Shown here: positions 46,876-56,351 of the stretch, one piece after another
Position numbering within the stretch: the stretch's first letter is position 1
Layout: the number at the start of each line of letters is the position of its first letter
Source: a virus
IMG/VR virus record: IMGVR_UViG_3300017565_000003
DNA: 64,000 nucleotides
Reading direction: 5' to 3' (one strand)
Program-made: the position numbers and the translations under genes
The notes under the pieces: generated by a model
Told to the model about the DNA's origin: nothing
Seen by the model: the letters and a program-made list of their open reading frames with translations, nothing else
Databases searched by the model: none

Positions 46876-47164
46876 CATATAACAGAAGTCCCACAATAGA
46901 ACATGGAATTTTTCATATAACAGCGACCACGGAAACGAACGGCAGCATTTTAGAAATTTTTATATAACAGATTGTTGAAAATAGAACTGGCCTTTTTAAG
47001 AAAAATATATAACAGCTCACCATTAAGCAACCTGGACTTTTTCAAATTAACATATAACAGCAGCCTAACTAATGAACTGGATCAAATTTATCTATAACAA
47101 TCTCACCAACTAAACACCAGCACATTGAAATTAATATATAACAACCAACTCCTGATCAATTCAG
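46876..47164 (+). repeat. Seven-unit bipartite repeat array, ATAACAR-N13-(GAA)CYRG
   Basis: ATAACAR at 46879, 46917, 46964, 47009, 47054, 47094, 47138. Confidence 0.8.
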
Positions 47165-47296
47165 CAAACTTTACAAACAAATTTAATTATTTACAAATAA
47201 ACTATATACATCTTATCCATATCATGTTATACTAGAAGTAACTCTTTAAAGGGTTGCTTTATTAGCATACAACTAAATTTAACAGGAGGTTAAACA

Positions 47297-47491
47297 ATGC
47301 AAGCAACTAAACAAGAAAAGTTTTTCTTTTGTTACAATTCAACCTTGGCCAAGTATTTAAAATTAAAAGGGTTTGACTATGTAACCAGGGCAAAGCATTA
47401 CAGATCCAACAAAGAATTTACACTATACACAATTACAAAGGAGCTAGAAAAATGTATTCAAGAATGGAACACTAACAATAAAACTAGATAA
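47297..47491 (+). CDS. DUF5659-like small protein
   Basis: FFCYNSTLAKYL...HYRSNKEFTLY...W pattern. Confidence 0.6.
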   Translation: MQATKQEKFFFCYNSTLAKYLKLKGFDYVTRAKHYRSNKEFTLYTITKELEKCIQEWNTNNKTR

Positions 47492-47501
47492 GGAGAATTA
47501 A

Positions 47502-48998
47502 ATGAAATTAAGTAGTCAATTAGAAGATAAAATTATTCAGCGTTTTTTCGATTTATACATAACTGCACAATATAAATATCTATCTTTAAAACCTAATGGA
47601 ATCTATATTACATACAACTCACAAGAAAATGAAAATCATCAACCTTTAAAAAGATGGCACATAAGAGAGCACCTACAAGACAAACATACAATAGGAATCT
47701 TTGCACCTGACTTTGTAGCTAAATTTATATGTTTTGATATTGATGTTAACGATAAACTTAATGCAAAATGGACTACATACAAGTTAGTTGATAGATTGAT
47801 AGAAATAGGAATTCCAGCGGATTATATTTACATTTCTACCAGTGGAAACAAGGGTTATCATGTAGACATATATTTCAATGATCTTGTTTTAATTGAAGTT
47901 GTTCACGACTTTTATAATATTGTTATGTCTGACTTTGATATGAATCATGTTAAAGGTGAAATAGAATTAAGACCAACAACTCAAGGTGTCAAGCTTCCAC
48001 TAGGTAGAAACTTTAAGAATAAGAATAAATCTAATAATAAATGTTGGTATGTTAATTATAATGAAGGTTTAAAGCCTATACGCTCATACAAATACATATT
48101 GAATATTAAACAAATTGACACCACGATAATTAAAAATATTATTGAAAAGTATGAAGAGATTGAAGTATTAAAACATACTGTAGATGAATATGAAGGTGTT
48201 CAAGTTGAAACAACTAAGGGTTATCTAGACGGAAAATATAAAACTTTACCAGTGTATAAAAAGAATATTGATCACAAAGCTACTATAGAAGAGATACAAA
48301 GGATTGAACTAGAAGGAATCAAAGCACCTGGAACAAGACATAATTTATTATATGATTTATGTAGGTATTATAAACATAATGGATTATCAATAGAAGACAA
48401 TCAAAACGAATTAATCGATTGGATGAATAGTCAAGATCCTAATACATATAGAACACCTTTAAAAGACTGTATGAAGGATATTAAAGGAATTGTTAAACAT
48501 ATTTATGAAAATGATGTTACACTAACAATTGAAACAAAAGAAATTGTGAAAGTTACATATGATGAAATGCTACAAATTTTAAATATAAAAAATAAAAATG
48601 AAAAACTTTTAACTTATTCAATGTTAATACATAGCAAACGTTATGCAGCTCAAAACGGTACATTTTACATGACATATAAACAAATGAATGAAACTACGGG
48701 ATTAAGTGATAGGACGGTTAAACGTCTTGTAAATAAGTTAGAAGAGAATGGAATCATAGAAATAATTGAAAGGAATAGAAAAGTTATATCTAACAATAAA
48801 CTAATCACTAAGAAGCCTAATATTTATAAAATGTTAATTGAAGTTGATATAGAAGAGGAAATAGAATCAAACTACATAACTATAGATAATGATATTGATT
48901 TAAATAATGCTATGTTATCACTATTTGAATTAAATGTATTAAAGAAAGTATTACCTGATAGACATTACCGTGAAATTTACAGTGTTTCAAATATATAA
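47502..48998 (+). CDS. Archaeo-eukaryotic primase-domain protein with PriCT-like and wHTH domains (Rep-like)
   Basis: HL...TIGIF, FDID, SGNKGYH, VKLPLG; GTRHN; C-terminal TGLSDRTVKR HTH. Confidence 0.75.
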   Translation: MKLSSQLEDKIIQRFFDLYITAQYKYLSLKPNGIYITYNSQENENHQPLKRWHIREHLQDKHTIGIFAPDFVAKFICFDIDVNDKLNAKWTTYKLVDRLIEIGIPADYIYISTSGNKGYHVDIYFNDLVLIEVVHDFYNIVMSDFDMNHVKGEIELRPTTQGVKLPLGRNFKNKNKSNNKCWYVNYNEGLKPIRSYKYILNIKQIDTTIIKNIIEKYEEIEVLKHTVDEYEGVQVETTKGYLDGKYKTLPVYKKNIDHKATIEEIQRIELEGIKAPGTRHNLLYDLCRYYKHNGLSIEDNQNELIDWMNSQDPNTYRTPLKDCMKDIKGIVKHIYENDVTLTIETKEIVKVTYDEMLQILNIKNKNEKLLTYSMLIHSKRYAAQNGTFYMTYKQMNETTGLSDRTVKRLVNKLEENGIIEIIERNRKVISNNKLITKKPNIYKMLIEVDIEEEIESNYITIDNDIDLNNAMLSLFELNVLKKVLPDRHYREIYSVSNI

Positions 48999-49255
48999 GT
49001 AAACTATACATAATATACCTATTTATGTGTCAAAACGTACACGATAGGTGAGGGAGTGAGGCTGGTTTACTTGATCAGTCTTTTTCCTTTATTGGAAACA
49101 CGGACAAATTTACAAACTTTTAAAAATAAACTTAATTATTTTACGTTAAACTATTTACATTTCCTCTATTCACCTGTATAATACTAAATATAAAGAAGTT
49201 AACCAATAAGCAACCAACAATACAAACAAACCTTATCTAATAGGAGGCAACCAAA

Positions 49256-49435
49256 ATGACAACATTATTATTCTTCACACTTATCATTATCACTGTATCA
49301 GCTCTAACTATCTTCACTACATACCACATGATCAAAGCAGCATTCGAATACAACATGGATCAATTCACTAATGAAATTAAATATCAACAAATTTCACTAA
49401 AAGGAAAATTCAGAGGTCTTAAAGCTGAAATGTAA
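49256..49435 (+). CDS. Small membrane protein (59 aa, not in ORF track)
   Basis: AGGAGG RBS; MTTLLFFTLIIITVSALTIFTTY... Confidence 0.6.
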   Translation: MTTLLFFTLIIITVSALTIFTTYHMIKAAFEYNMDQFTNEIKYQQISLKGKFRGLKAEM

Positions 49436-49485
49436 GGGAGGTTATAAACTTTCCTTATTATCCTAAAAGAAAGGAGGCCTTCCAC

Positions 49486-49572
49486 ATGTCACTACCTGCA
49501 ATCTATTGTATTATAGTCGTACTAGTATTTTCAGCTATTACATACTATTCAGTACATAAGGAGTATAAGTAA
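49486..49572 (+). CDS. 28-aa hydrophobic peptide (not in ORF track)
   Basis: AAAGGAGG RBS; MSLPAIYCIIVVLVFSAITYYSVHKEYK. Confidence 0.55.
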   Translation: MSLPAIYCIIVVLVFSAITYYSVHKEYK

Positions 49573-49597
49573 ACTTATTATAAAGGAGTGTACCAAC

Positions 49598-49771
49598 ATG
49601 CACCAATTCACATTAAAAACTGCTTATCTAGCTATGATGTACGTAGCAAGAAATGAAGGTATTAAACTAGATGAAAAGTATTATGACTTAGAAGATGATC
49701 TAAACGAAAATTTTGAATTAGCTGATATGATCCACAATATAGAAAAAATGTATCAAGCGATTAAAAAATAA
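49598..49771 (+). CDS. Small protein (57 aa, not in ORF track)
   Basis: AAAGGAG RBS; MHQFTLKTAYLAMMYVARNEGIKL... Confidence 0.55.
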   Translation: MHQFTLKTAYLAMMYVARNEGIKLDEKYYDLEDDLNENFELADMIHNIEKMYQAIKK

Positions 49772-49807
49772 TATGTAAACTAATTATAATATTAAGGAGC
49801 GTATACA

Positions 49808-50047
49808 ATGACACTTACTAATACATACATCAAACTAACAGCTAATAAAATGCTAAACGAATATAAAGAAAATGGAAGCTTTAATATTGATAATTTAGAT
49901 ACACTCTTATATTTTGCGGAAAATGCTTCAAATGAAATATATCATTTAATCCATAAGTTTTATGATATTGTGGTCAATGTTGCATCAAATGGAGGCGCAC
50001 CGGTATTAAAAAGTATCTTAGCACAATTAGAAAGTGAGGAAAATTAA
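49808..50047 (+). CDS. Hypothetical protein
   Basis: AAGGAG RBS. Confidence 0.55.
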   Translation: MTLTNTYIKLTANKMLNEYKENGSFNIDNLDTLLYFAENASNEIYHLIHKFYDIVVNVASNGGAPVLKSILAQLESEEN

Positions 50048-50345
50048 GATGACTGTATTAATAAACGAATATCAACTTTCAGCAACTTATAATTATGTCA
50101 AAGATCCAATTGACAACATGCATTATGCAAACAATTTGAATTATAAATTAGGCTTAAGTACAAACAACGATAATTATTTTGATACTGAATTGAATAAACT
50201 TGTTAACGCTGGAATATTAACTAAGGTTTATGACTTTATAGAAAATGGATATAGAGAAGGATTATACAACTTTGCAGATGGTAAAGGGCAGCTAAGTTTT
50301 AATGGATTGGATCACATGGGATTGAGCTTATCATACTGTTATTAA
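50034..50345 (+). CDS. Hypothetical protein
   Basis: ORF; likely start ATG 50049. Confidence 0.55.
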   Translation: MRKIKMTVLINEYQLSATYNYVKDPIDNMHYANNLNYKLGLSTNNDNYFDTELNKLVNAGILTKVYDFIENGYREGLYNFADGKGQLSFNGLDHMGLSLSYCY

Positions 50346-50363
50346 TAAATTAAACTATAAGGA

Positions 50364-50708
50364 GTGTTCAGAATGAAAAAGATTACTAAAAAAGAAATGA
50401 AAACATTTTACAATGATACATTAAATTTAATTAAATCTTTTGGAGCAGTAGAAAGTAATTACTATTTATCAAACGGTTATGAAATCAACACAAGATTAGG
50501 AAAACTATACATTAAAATTGATAATGAACCTAGTTCAGTTTTTACAGTATTCGCACGTTTTGAAGATGTTGAAAAAGCTTCTAAAATGCTACCATGTAAT
50601 CCATATAGCGGTAAATATAACTTTCATTCATACAATAGGGAATCAGTCATAAGAGGCTTAGAAACACTATTAGAATGTTATGCTTATGAAATTGAACCAG
50701 CTTTCTAA
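50364..50708 (+). CDS. Hypothetical protein
   Basis: ORF with NPYSGKYNFH motif. Confidence 0.6.
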   Translation: MFRMKKITKKEMKTFYNDTLNLIKSFGAVESNYYLSNGYEINTRLGKLYIKIDNEPSSVFTVFARFEDVEKASKMLPCNPYSGKYNFHSYNRESVIRGLETLLECYAYEIEPAF

Positions 50709-50774
50709 GTTGAGTTAAAAGAGGAGTTTTATACGAATGAATTTAATATATTTTGGTTAAAAAGAAAATAATAC

Positions 50775-50803
50775 TTGATAAAAGTAAACTTATCATATAT
50801 AAT
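50775..50803 (+). promoter_or_regulatory. sigmaA promoter with AAAGTAAACTTATC operator-like spacer
   Basis: TTGATA-17 bp-TATAAT. Confidence 0.7.
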
Positions 50804-50858
50804 ATAGATATAAGGTTAAGAAATACAAAAACAGCTACATAAAAAGGAGAATGTTAAA

Positions 50859-51557
50859 ATGGAAATTAAACATGATCAAAGCTATTTATCAGAAAACAAT
50901 ACTTTAGTTGAAGCTGGACTTGCAAATGATATGATTTGGAAAATTTGTATCCAAGGTAATCTTAAAGAAAATGAATATAAATTAATTAAACAAATTGCAG
51001 ATTATTTAGAAGAGAATTTTAGAATGTATCAATATAAAAAAGATAATGGAGTTAAATTCAAAACGGAAGATTTATATTTCTGGACTAATGAGGAAAGAGA
51101 AAAGATGTTATATTTTGACGTAAGTGTAAAAGCTGATACACCAGAAAAACACAATCAAATTGTTAATTCTATAGTTAAATACCTAGAGGAAAATTATTCA
51201 GACAGTCAAATTTATGTTAGATTGCAATATAAAAGGCTTGTCAATTGGAATAAAGTAAATGAGTATTTAAAACAAGATTTTGACTTGAATAAGATGCCTG
51301 TTAACGTGCTACAATTACTACACAATGATAGTAATTATGTTGGTCATGGATTAACTTTAGAAAGTATTAATAAATTGAATGAACTATCTAATGCTTATCT
51401 AGATCAATTTGTTGATAAAAAAGTATTATGGAATGGAGAAATTAAGGGAACAGTTAGAAAGTTTGAAGAGGGTAGATACGGTTTATTTAAACCTAGAGCA
51501 AGAAAGACATATTTTCCAATTGAATTAGGGAAAATTAAATCTTTAGTATTTGCATAA
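50859..51557 (+). CDS. Hypothetical protein
   Basis: 232-aa ORF with AAAGGAG RBS. Confidence 0.65.
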   Translation: MEIKHDQSYLSENNTLVEAGLANDMIWKICIQGNLKENEYKLIKQIADYLEENFRMYQYKKDNGVKFKTEDLYFWTNEEREKMLYFDVSVKADTPEKHNQIVNSIVKYLEENYSDSQIYVRLQYKRLVNWNKVNEYLKQDFDLNKMPVNVLQLLHNDSNYVGHGLTLESINKLNELSNAYLDQFVDKKVLWNGEIKGTVRKFEEGRYGLFKPRARKTYFPIELGKIKSLVFA

Positions 51558-51645
51558 AGTTTCCGTAAATTATTGAATTGATTCAGAATTAAAAGTAAAA
51601 TAAATGAATCTAATATATTAAATAAATCATTAGGAGCGTGTTAAA

Positions 51646-51879
51646 ATGGCAACAATTACATTAAACGCAATACAGGCCGATATAATTTACAAAGCTTTAT
51701 TCTATACAGCAAAAAGCGAAGGCGTTCACATTTCAGAAGAGCTTGAAGAAGTATTTACAGTAGTAGCAGATCATAACCCTAATGAAACTAATGTAAGTGA
51801 TACAGTAGACGTTATGGAAATGTTAGTAGATGTTATTAAAAATAGCAATCCATATGCGGAATATTTTGAAGAAGAATAG
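51646..51879 (+). CDS. Small acidic protein
   Basis: AGGAG RBS; followed by terminator. Confidence 0.6.
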   Translation: MATITLNAIQADIIYKALFYTAKSEGVHISEELEEVFTVVADHNPNETNVSDTVDVMEMLVDVIKNSNPYAEYFEEE

Positions 51880-51998
51880 CAGCCTTTAACGGGCTGTTTT
51901 TATTTCTGTAAATTTCACTTTTTATGTTAAATAATTGATTAATTTACTTGTGTAAAGTCAATGAAAATGATATAATTTATTTATAAATTATATAAGGA

Positions 51999-52403
51999 GT
52001 GGCTAAAGTGGAGTTGATCACACAAACAATTTTAAATTTAAGAAATGAATTTATTATAAATGACATTGTAAATAATTATAAAGAAATTAATAGCGGATAT
52101 TGTCCAGAATTTGCGGAAGAAGTTTCTTCAATAGTAAATAATGACAATGTTTATGAAATTAGCATAGAATCATTTATGCAGGATCAAGAATGGAATGGAG
52201 ACGGAAATGACAAATGGTGTCATGAGTCTTTAGAAGAATATAATATCAATATCCCTTATAATTTATCAATTGATGATATAAATAAAATAGTCTTTCCTTA
52301 TCATGTTTGGATTACAGATGGTATAAAACACTATGACGCTGAATGTCCAGAAGGAGTAGAAAACATTTTTGATTTACCTATATTTAAAGCATATTTGAAA
52401 TAA
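51999..52403 (+). CDS. Papain-like-fold protein (Cys-His-Asp pattern)
   Basis: INSGYCPEFA...HVWI...HYDAECPEG. Confidence 0.45.
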   Translation: MAKVELITQTILNLRNEFIINDIVNNYKEINSGYCPEFAEEVSSIVNNDNVYEISIESFMQDQEWNGDGNDKWCHESLEEYNINIPYNLSIDDINKIVFPYHVWITDGIKHYDAECPEGVENIFDLPIFKAYLK

Positions 52404-52646
52404 ATTAAACACTTCTATATATTGAAGGTGTTTTTTTTCTTTTTCTTGGCCTTCTAAAACCCTTATATACCAAGGTTGTAAACTTCCATATTTTCTATAA
52501 AATCAGGGTTTCATACAATCGTGATCCAGCTTAAAATAATTTAAAAATATCTATAAATAATAGTATAATTTACTTGTAAAATCCCTTTTAATCCTTTATA
52601 ATAGGTTTATAAGATAAGTTAATAAATAATAACTTAAAGGGAGCGG

Positions 52647-54545
52647 ATGAAAATGACAGCAGTTTTAAAATTAAACGAAGAATTAAAAGGAATCGAATTA
52701 TACTTTGACACTAAGCCACAAAGCGAAGTTTTAACAAATTTAAAATCAAATGGTTTTCGCTGGTCAGGATTTAAAAAATGTTGGTACACTAAGCAATCTG
52801 ATAAAGCTTTTCAAGTTGCTAACAGCTTAGTAAATAGCACTGAAGAAGTTAAAACAGAAGCAGCACAAAAAACAACTAAAATACATACTAAGAAATCTAA
52901 AACAGTAAAAGAAACATTAAGCTTATGGGATGCTACACAATGGGAAGGCCTAGAAATTTCTCAAAATGTTAAAGATCAAGACTGTAAAGAAATTGCAAAA
53001 GAAATTCGTTCACATGTTAGAAAAAGATTTCCTCAATGTAAATTTTCTGTTAGAGTGCCTTATTACGGTAAAATTGATTTTGATATCAAATCTAGTCCAT
53101 ATGAAAAAGATTCAGCTTATTTAAACGCAATTAAAAAATATTGTGATGAATTAGTTAACGCTTATAAACATTGCTATAGAGAAGGAGATCCATACACTGA
53201 TTTAGCAGCAAGTTATAACTTTTATTTCTTTGGTGTAGATGTTTCTTACGATTATACGCAAACAGAAGCTACAAAAGAAATTAAAAAAGATATGATTGAT
53301 TTTAATTCTAAATTAACTGAATTTGAAAAAGCTGAAGAGGAAAGAAAAGAAGCAGAATTTCAGGAGTACATGAAGCAACAAGAATTAAGAGACATTGAAT
53401 ATAAAAAGCAACGTGAAGAGGAAAAGAAACAAGTAGAAGACATTTACAACAGTATTGAAGTTAATGAACTAGAAGAAAGTAAACAGTATTTTGTAATTGG
53501 TTCAGAGTTTGCAAACTTAAATAAAAATAACACATTAGAACAATATCAAGAAGAAGTAAACAAAGGAAAGTTTACACTTGAAAATGTAAGAATTGAAAAA
53601 GAAATACATTTCAATAACTTAGAAGCGTTAGAAAATTTCTCTAATATGTTATTGAATGACTTTGACTTTTTAACTAACACTGGTGGAAGTTATACGGATG
53701 ACAATAGACTCAATTCAATGATTGATTTCTATAATATGGATGAAGAAGAAAAAAGCACAGTGAAATGGAATTTAAGAGGAGTAGCAATCTATTTCAATAA
53801 CGAATTACAGTTTGTTGTAGATGCTCAAGGCTATTCATATGCTCGCTATGTAGGCCTAACAGATAATGCAACAATTGAAAGAACATTCGTATATGATCAA
53901 TTACTAAATGATGAAGAAATAACAGAGTTAAAACAACAAGCTGACCAACTGGAAGACATTTCAACAACTGTTATAGAAGAATTAAACATCTTTGATAGTT
54001 GGGAAAAAGAAAACTGGAAAGAGTATAAAGAAGGTATTAAAGATAAACTAAATAAATATAGTTTAAAATTAACCAAAGAGATTATACAACAATTAGAAAT
54101 TGAAAACCTAAAAGCACATATGTATAAAATCTTAACAGAAGTAGATGGAATTCAAGAACAATTTAAAGAAGCAGCAATAGAACAAGGTGAAAAAGTAACA
54201 CTGTTTTATATTTCTGATTTTGGATCAATTGTAACTAGTCGTATAACATTTGACAGTGTTACAAATCAATCCTACGCACAATATGACAATGCGGTTAAAT
54301 TAACATTTAAACCGGAAAATAAAAGGAAGTTACACTATAAGCATTTTTATTCTACTTTGTTAGTGTTCAAGGGCTGGCATGAGCTTCCACAATCAGTATT
54401 ATATAACGTTGAGCATAAAAACGGATTTATAGTAACTAGCAGTAAATACCATTCATGCGACAACAGACAGTATGACGAGATTCTAGAGCATTTTGAACAG
54501 CAAGGTATTAAACCAGTAGTAAACACCTACAAGCCAAGATTCTAA
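52647..54545 (+). CDS. Large polyvalent-type protein with LPD29-like domain
   Basis: N-terminal GIELYF..KP...LKSNGFRW...WY, then EIAKEIRSHVRKRFPQCKFSVR. Confidence 0.6.
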   Translation: MKMTAVLKLNEELKGIELYFDTKPQSEVLTNLKSNGFRWSGFKKCWYTKQSDKAFQVANSLVNSTEEVKTEAAQKTTKIHTKKSKTVKETLSLWDATQWEGLEISQNVKDQDCKEIAKEIRSHVRKRFPQCKFSVRVPYYGKIDFDIKSSPYEKDSAYLNAIKKYCDELVNAYKHCYREGDPYTDLAASYNFYFFGVDVSYDYTQTEATKEIKKDMIDFNSKLTEFEKAEEERKEAEFQEYMKQQELRDIEYKKQREEEKKQVEDIYNSIEVNELEESKQYFVIGSEFANLNKNNTLEQYQEEVNKGKFTLENVRIEKEIHFNNLEALENFSNMLLNDFDFLTNTGGSYTDDNRLNSMIDFYNMDEEEKSTVKWNLRGVAIYFNNELQFVVDAQGYSYARYVGLTDNATIERTFVYDQLLNDEEITELKQQADQLEDISTTVIEELNIFDSWEKENWKEYKEGIKDKLNKYSLKLTKEIIQQLEIENLKAHMYKILTEVDGIQEQFKEAAIEQGEKVTLFYISDFGSIVTSRITFDSVTNQSYAQYDNAVKLTFKPENKRKLHYKHFYSTLLVFKGWHELPQSVLYNVEHKNGFIVTSSKYHSCDNRQYDEILEHFEQQGIKPVVNTYKPRF

Positions 54546-54613
54546 ATAACAGGCAGTTTACAAGGGTTCTGCATATAACAAAAACCCTTTAATATTTCCA
54601 GGAGGTTATAAGA

Positions 54614-56221
54614 ATGTTTAAAAGTAATCCTGATTTTTTTCCAACTCCTTTAACACTTCAAAGAAAGATGTTAAATAAAATAGATTTCCGATATATTCAA
54701 AGTTGTTTAGAGCCAAGTGCCGGGAAAGGTGATCTTATTGAAGGGATCATAAAACAATTTGAATATACTAAGAACTATCACAGATCAAATAAATATGATA
54801 TTGACGCAATAGAACAAGATTCTAACCTTATTCATATATTAAAGGGTAAAAACTATAGAGTAATTTCCGATGATTTTTTAAACTTTCATACATACAAACA
54901 ATATGATCTAATAGTCATGAATCCTCCTTATAGTAACGGTGATAAGCATTTACTCAAGGCAGTTAACTTAATTGAGTCACAAAATAAGTCATGCCAGATA
55001 GTGAGTTTGTTAAACGCTGAGACTCTTAAAAATCCATATACTAACACTAGGAAAGAATTAGTAAGAAAACTTGAAGAATATAACGCAGAAGTTGAATATA
55101 TTGAGAATGCTTTTATAGATAGTGAAAGAAAAACGGGAGTAGAAACGGCACTTATTTACATCAATATAGAGAAAAAAACATATAACAGCTTGTTATTAGA
55201 CGAACTGAAAAAAGAAGAGCAGCACAAAGAAAATACAACTTATGAAAGTACTAGTTTAATAAATTCAGATTTTATAAAAGGAATTGTTGAGCAGTATAAT
55301 CATGAGGTTAGAGCCGGATTAAAATTGATAAATGAATATAACAGCTTGCGTCCACTAATGCTACAGAGTTTTAACGATAACAGCAGCCCAGTATTAAAGT
55401 TGACACTTGATAATGAAGATAAAGAGGGAAGCAGTATAGAAAACGCATATATTAAACAGATACGCATGAAATACTGGAGCGCATTATTCAACAATGATCA
55501 ATTTATGGGATTGTTTACAAGCAATCTAAAACAAAAGTATATGCAGCATGTGCAGGAGTTAAAAGACTTTGACTTTTCTTTATATAACATTTATACATTA
55601 CGAATTGAGATATCTAAAGAAATGGTTCAAGGCGTAGAGGATACAATTTTAAATTTGTTTGAGGAATTTAGTTATAAACACTATTACGATGAGCAGAGCA
55701 AGAATATACACTTGTTTAATGGCTGGAAAACAAATAAGGCTTATAAGATTAACAAAAAGATTATTATTCCTTTAAACGGCTTTAACGGTTGGTTTGATAG
55801 TGCATATCGTCCTACAGATTACAAAGTACTAGACAAATTAAAAGACATTGAAAAAGTGTTTAATTACCTAGACAACGGACTCACAGAAGAAATAGACATA
55901 ACAGACACTTTAAAAATGGCTGAACACTATCAGGAAACTAGAAAGATAGAGTTAAAATATTTTTATATAACATTTTATAAAAAAGGCACATGTCACATTG
56001 AATTTAAAAATATGGAACTTTTGCAGAAATTTAACTTATACGGAAGTCAGAAACGAGGGTGGATTCCTCCAAGCTACGGAAAAGTAAGATACAAGGATAT
56101 GACAAGGGAAGAGAAAGAAGTAATTGATAATTTTGAAGGTGAACAATCTTATAACAAAGTAATGAAAAATAAATCATATTACATAGTTGATACAAATGAT
56201 CTACTTCGATTAACATCATAA
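54614..56221 (+). CDS. N6-adenine methyltransferase with DUF4942-like C-terminus
   Basis: DFFPTP, LEPSAGKG (SAM binding), NPPY (catalytic), FYKKGTCHIEF. Confidence 0.8.
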   Translation: MFKSNPDFFPTPLTLQRKMLNKIDFRYIQSCLEPSAGKGDLIEGIIKQFEYTKNYHRSNKYDIDAIEQDSNLIHILKGKNYRVISDDFLNFHTYKQYDLIVMNPPYSNGDKHLLKAVNLIESQNKSCQIVSLLNAETLKNPYTNTRKELVRKLEEYNAEVEYIENAFIDSERKTGVETALIYINIEKKTYNSLLLDELKKEEQHKENTTYESTSLINSDFIKGIVEQYNHEVRAGLKLINEYNSLRPLMLQSFNDNSSPVLKLTLDNEDKEGSSIENAYIKQIRMKYWSALFNNDQFMGLFTSNLKQKYMQHVQELKDFDFSLYNIYTLRIEISKEMVQGVEDTILNLFEEFSYKHYYDEQSKNIHLFNGWKTNKAYKINKKIIIPLNGFNGWFDSAYRPTDYKVLDKLKDIEKVFNYLDNGLTEEIDITDTLKMAEHYQETRKIELKYFYITFYKKGTCHIEFKNMELLQKFNLYGSQKRGWIPPSYGKVRYKDMTREEKEVIDNFEGEQSYNKVMKNKSYYIVDTNDLLRLTS

Positions 56222-56351
56222 CAGAAAATTATATATAACAGTGGGTTAGTTTTCGAGCTGGCTCACTAGAGGTTTTTATATAACAGATTCAAATTGTACG
56301 AACCGGGCTTATTAAGATTTTTGCATAACAGAAATCTTTGTATAACACCAG
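56218..56351 (+). repeat. Second bipartite repeat array (same unit as 46876..47164)
   Basis: ATAACAG at 56235, 56280, 56325 (period 45) each followed after 13 nt by GAGCTGG, GAACCGG, ACACCAG; extra copy at 56218. Confidence 0.75.

Noticed and set aside
46876-47164. Canonical CRISPR array or TIGR array
   Set aside because: Conserved parts are only 7-9 nt, unit length varies from 38 to 47, and no cas or Nop-domain (Tas) gene is visible; kept as an unexplained array instead
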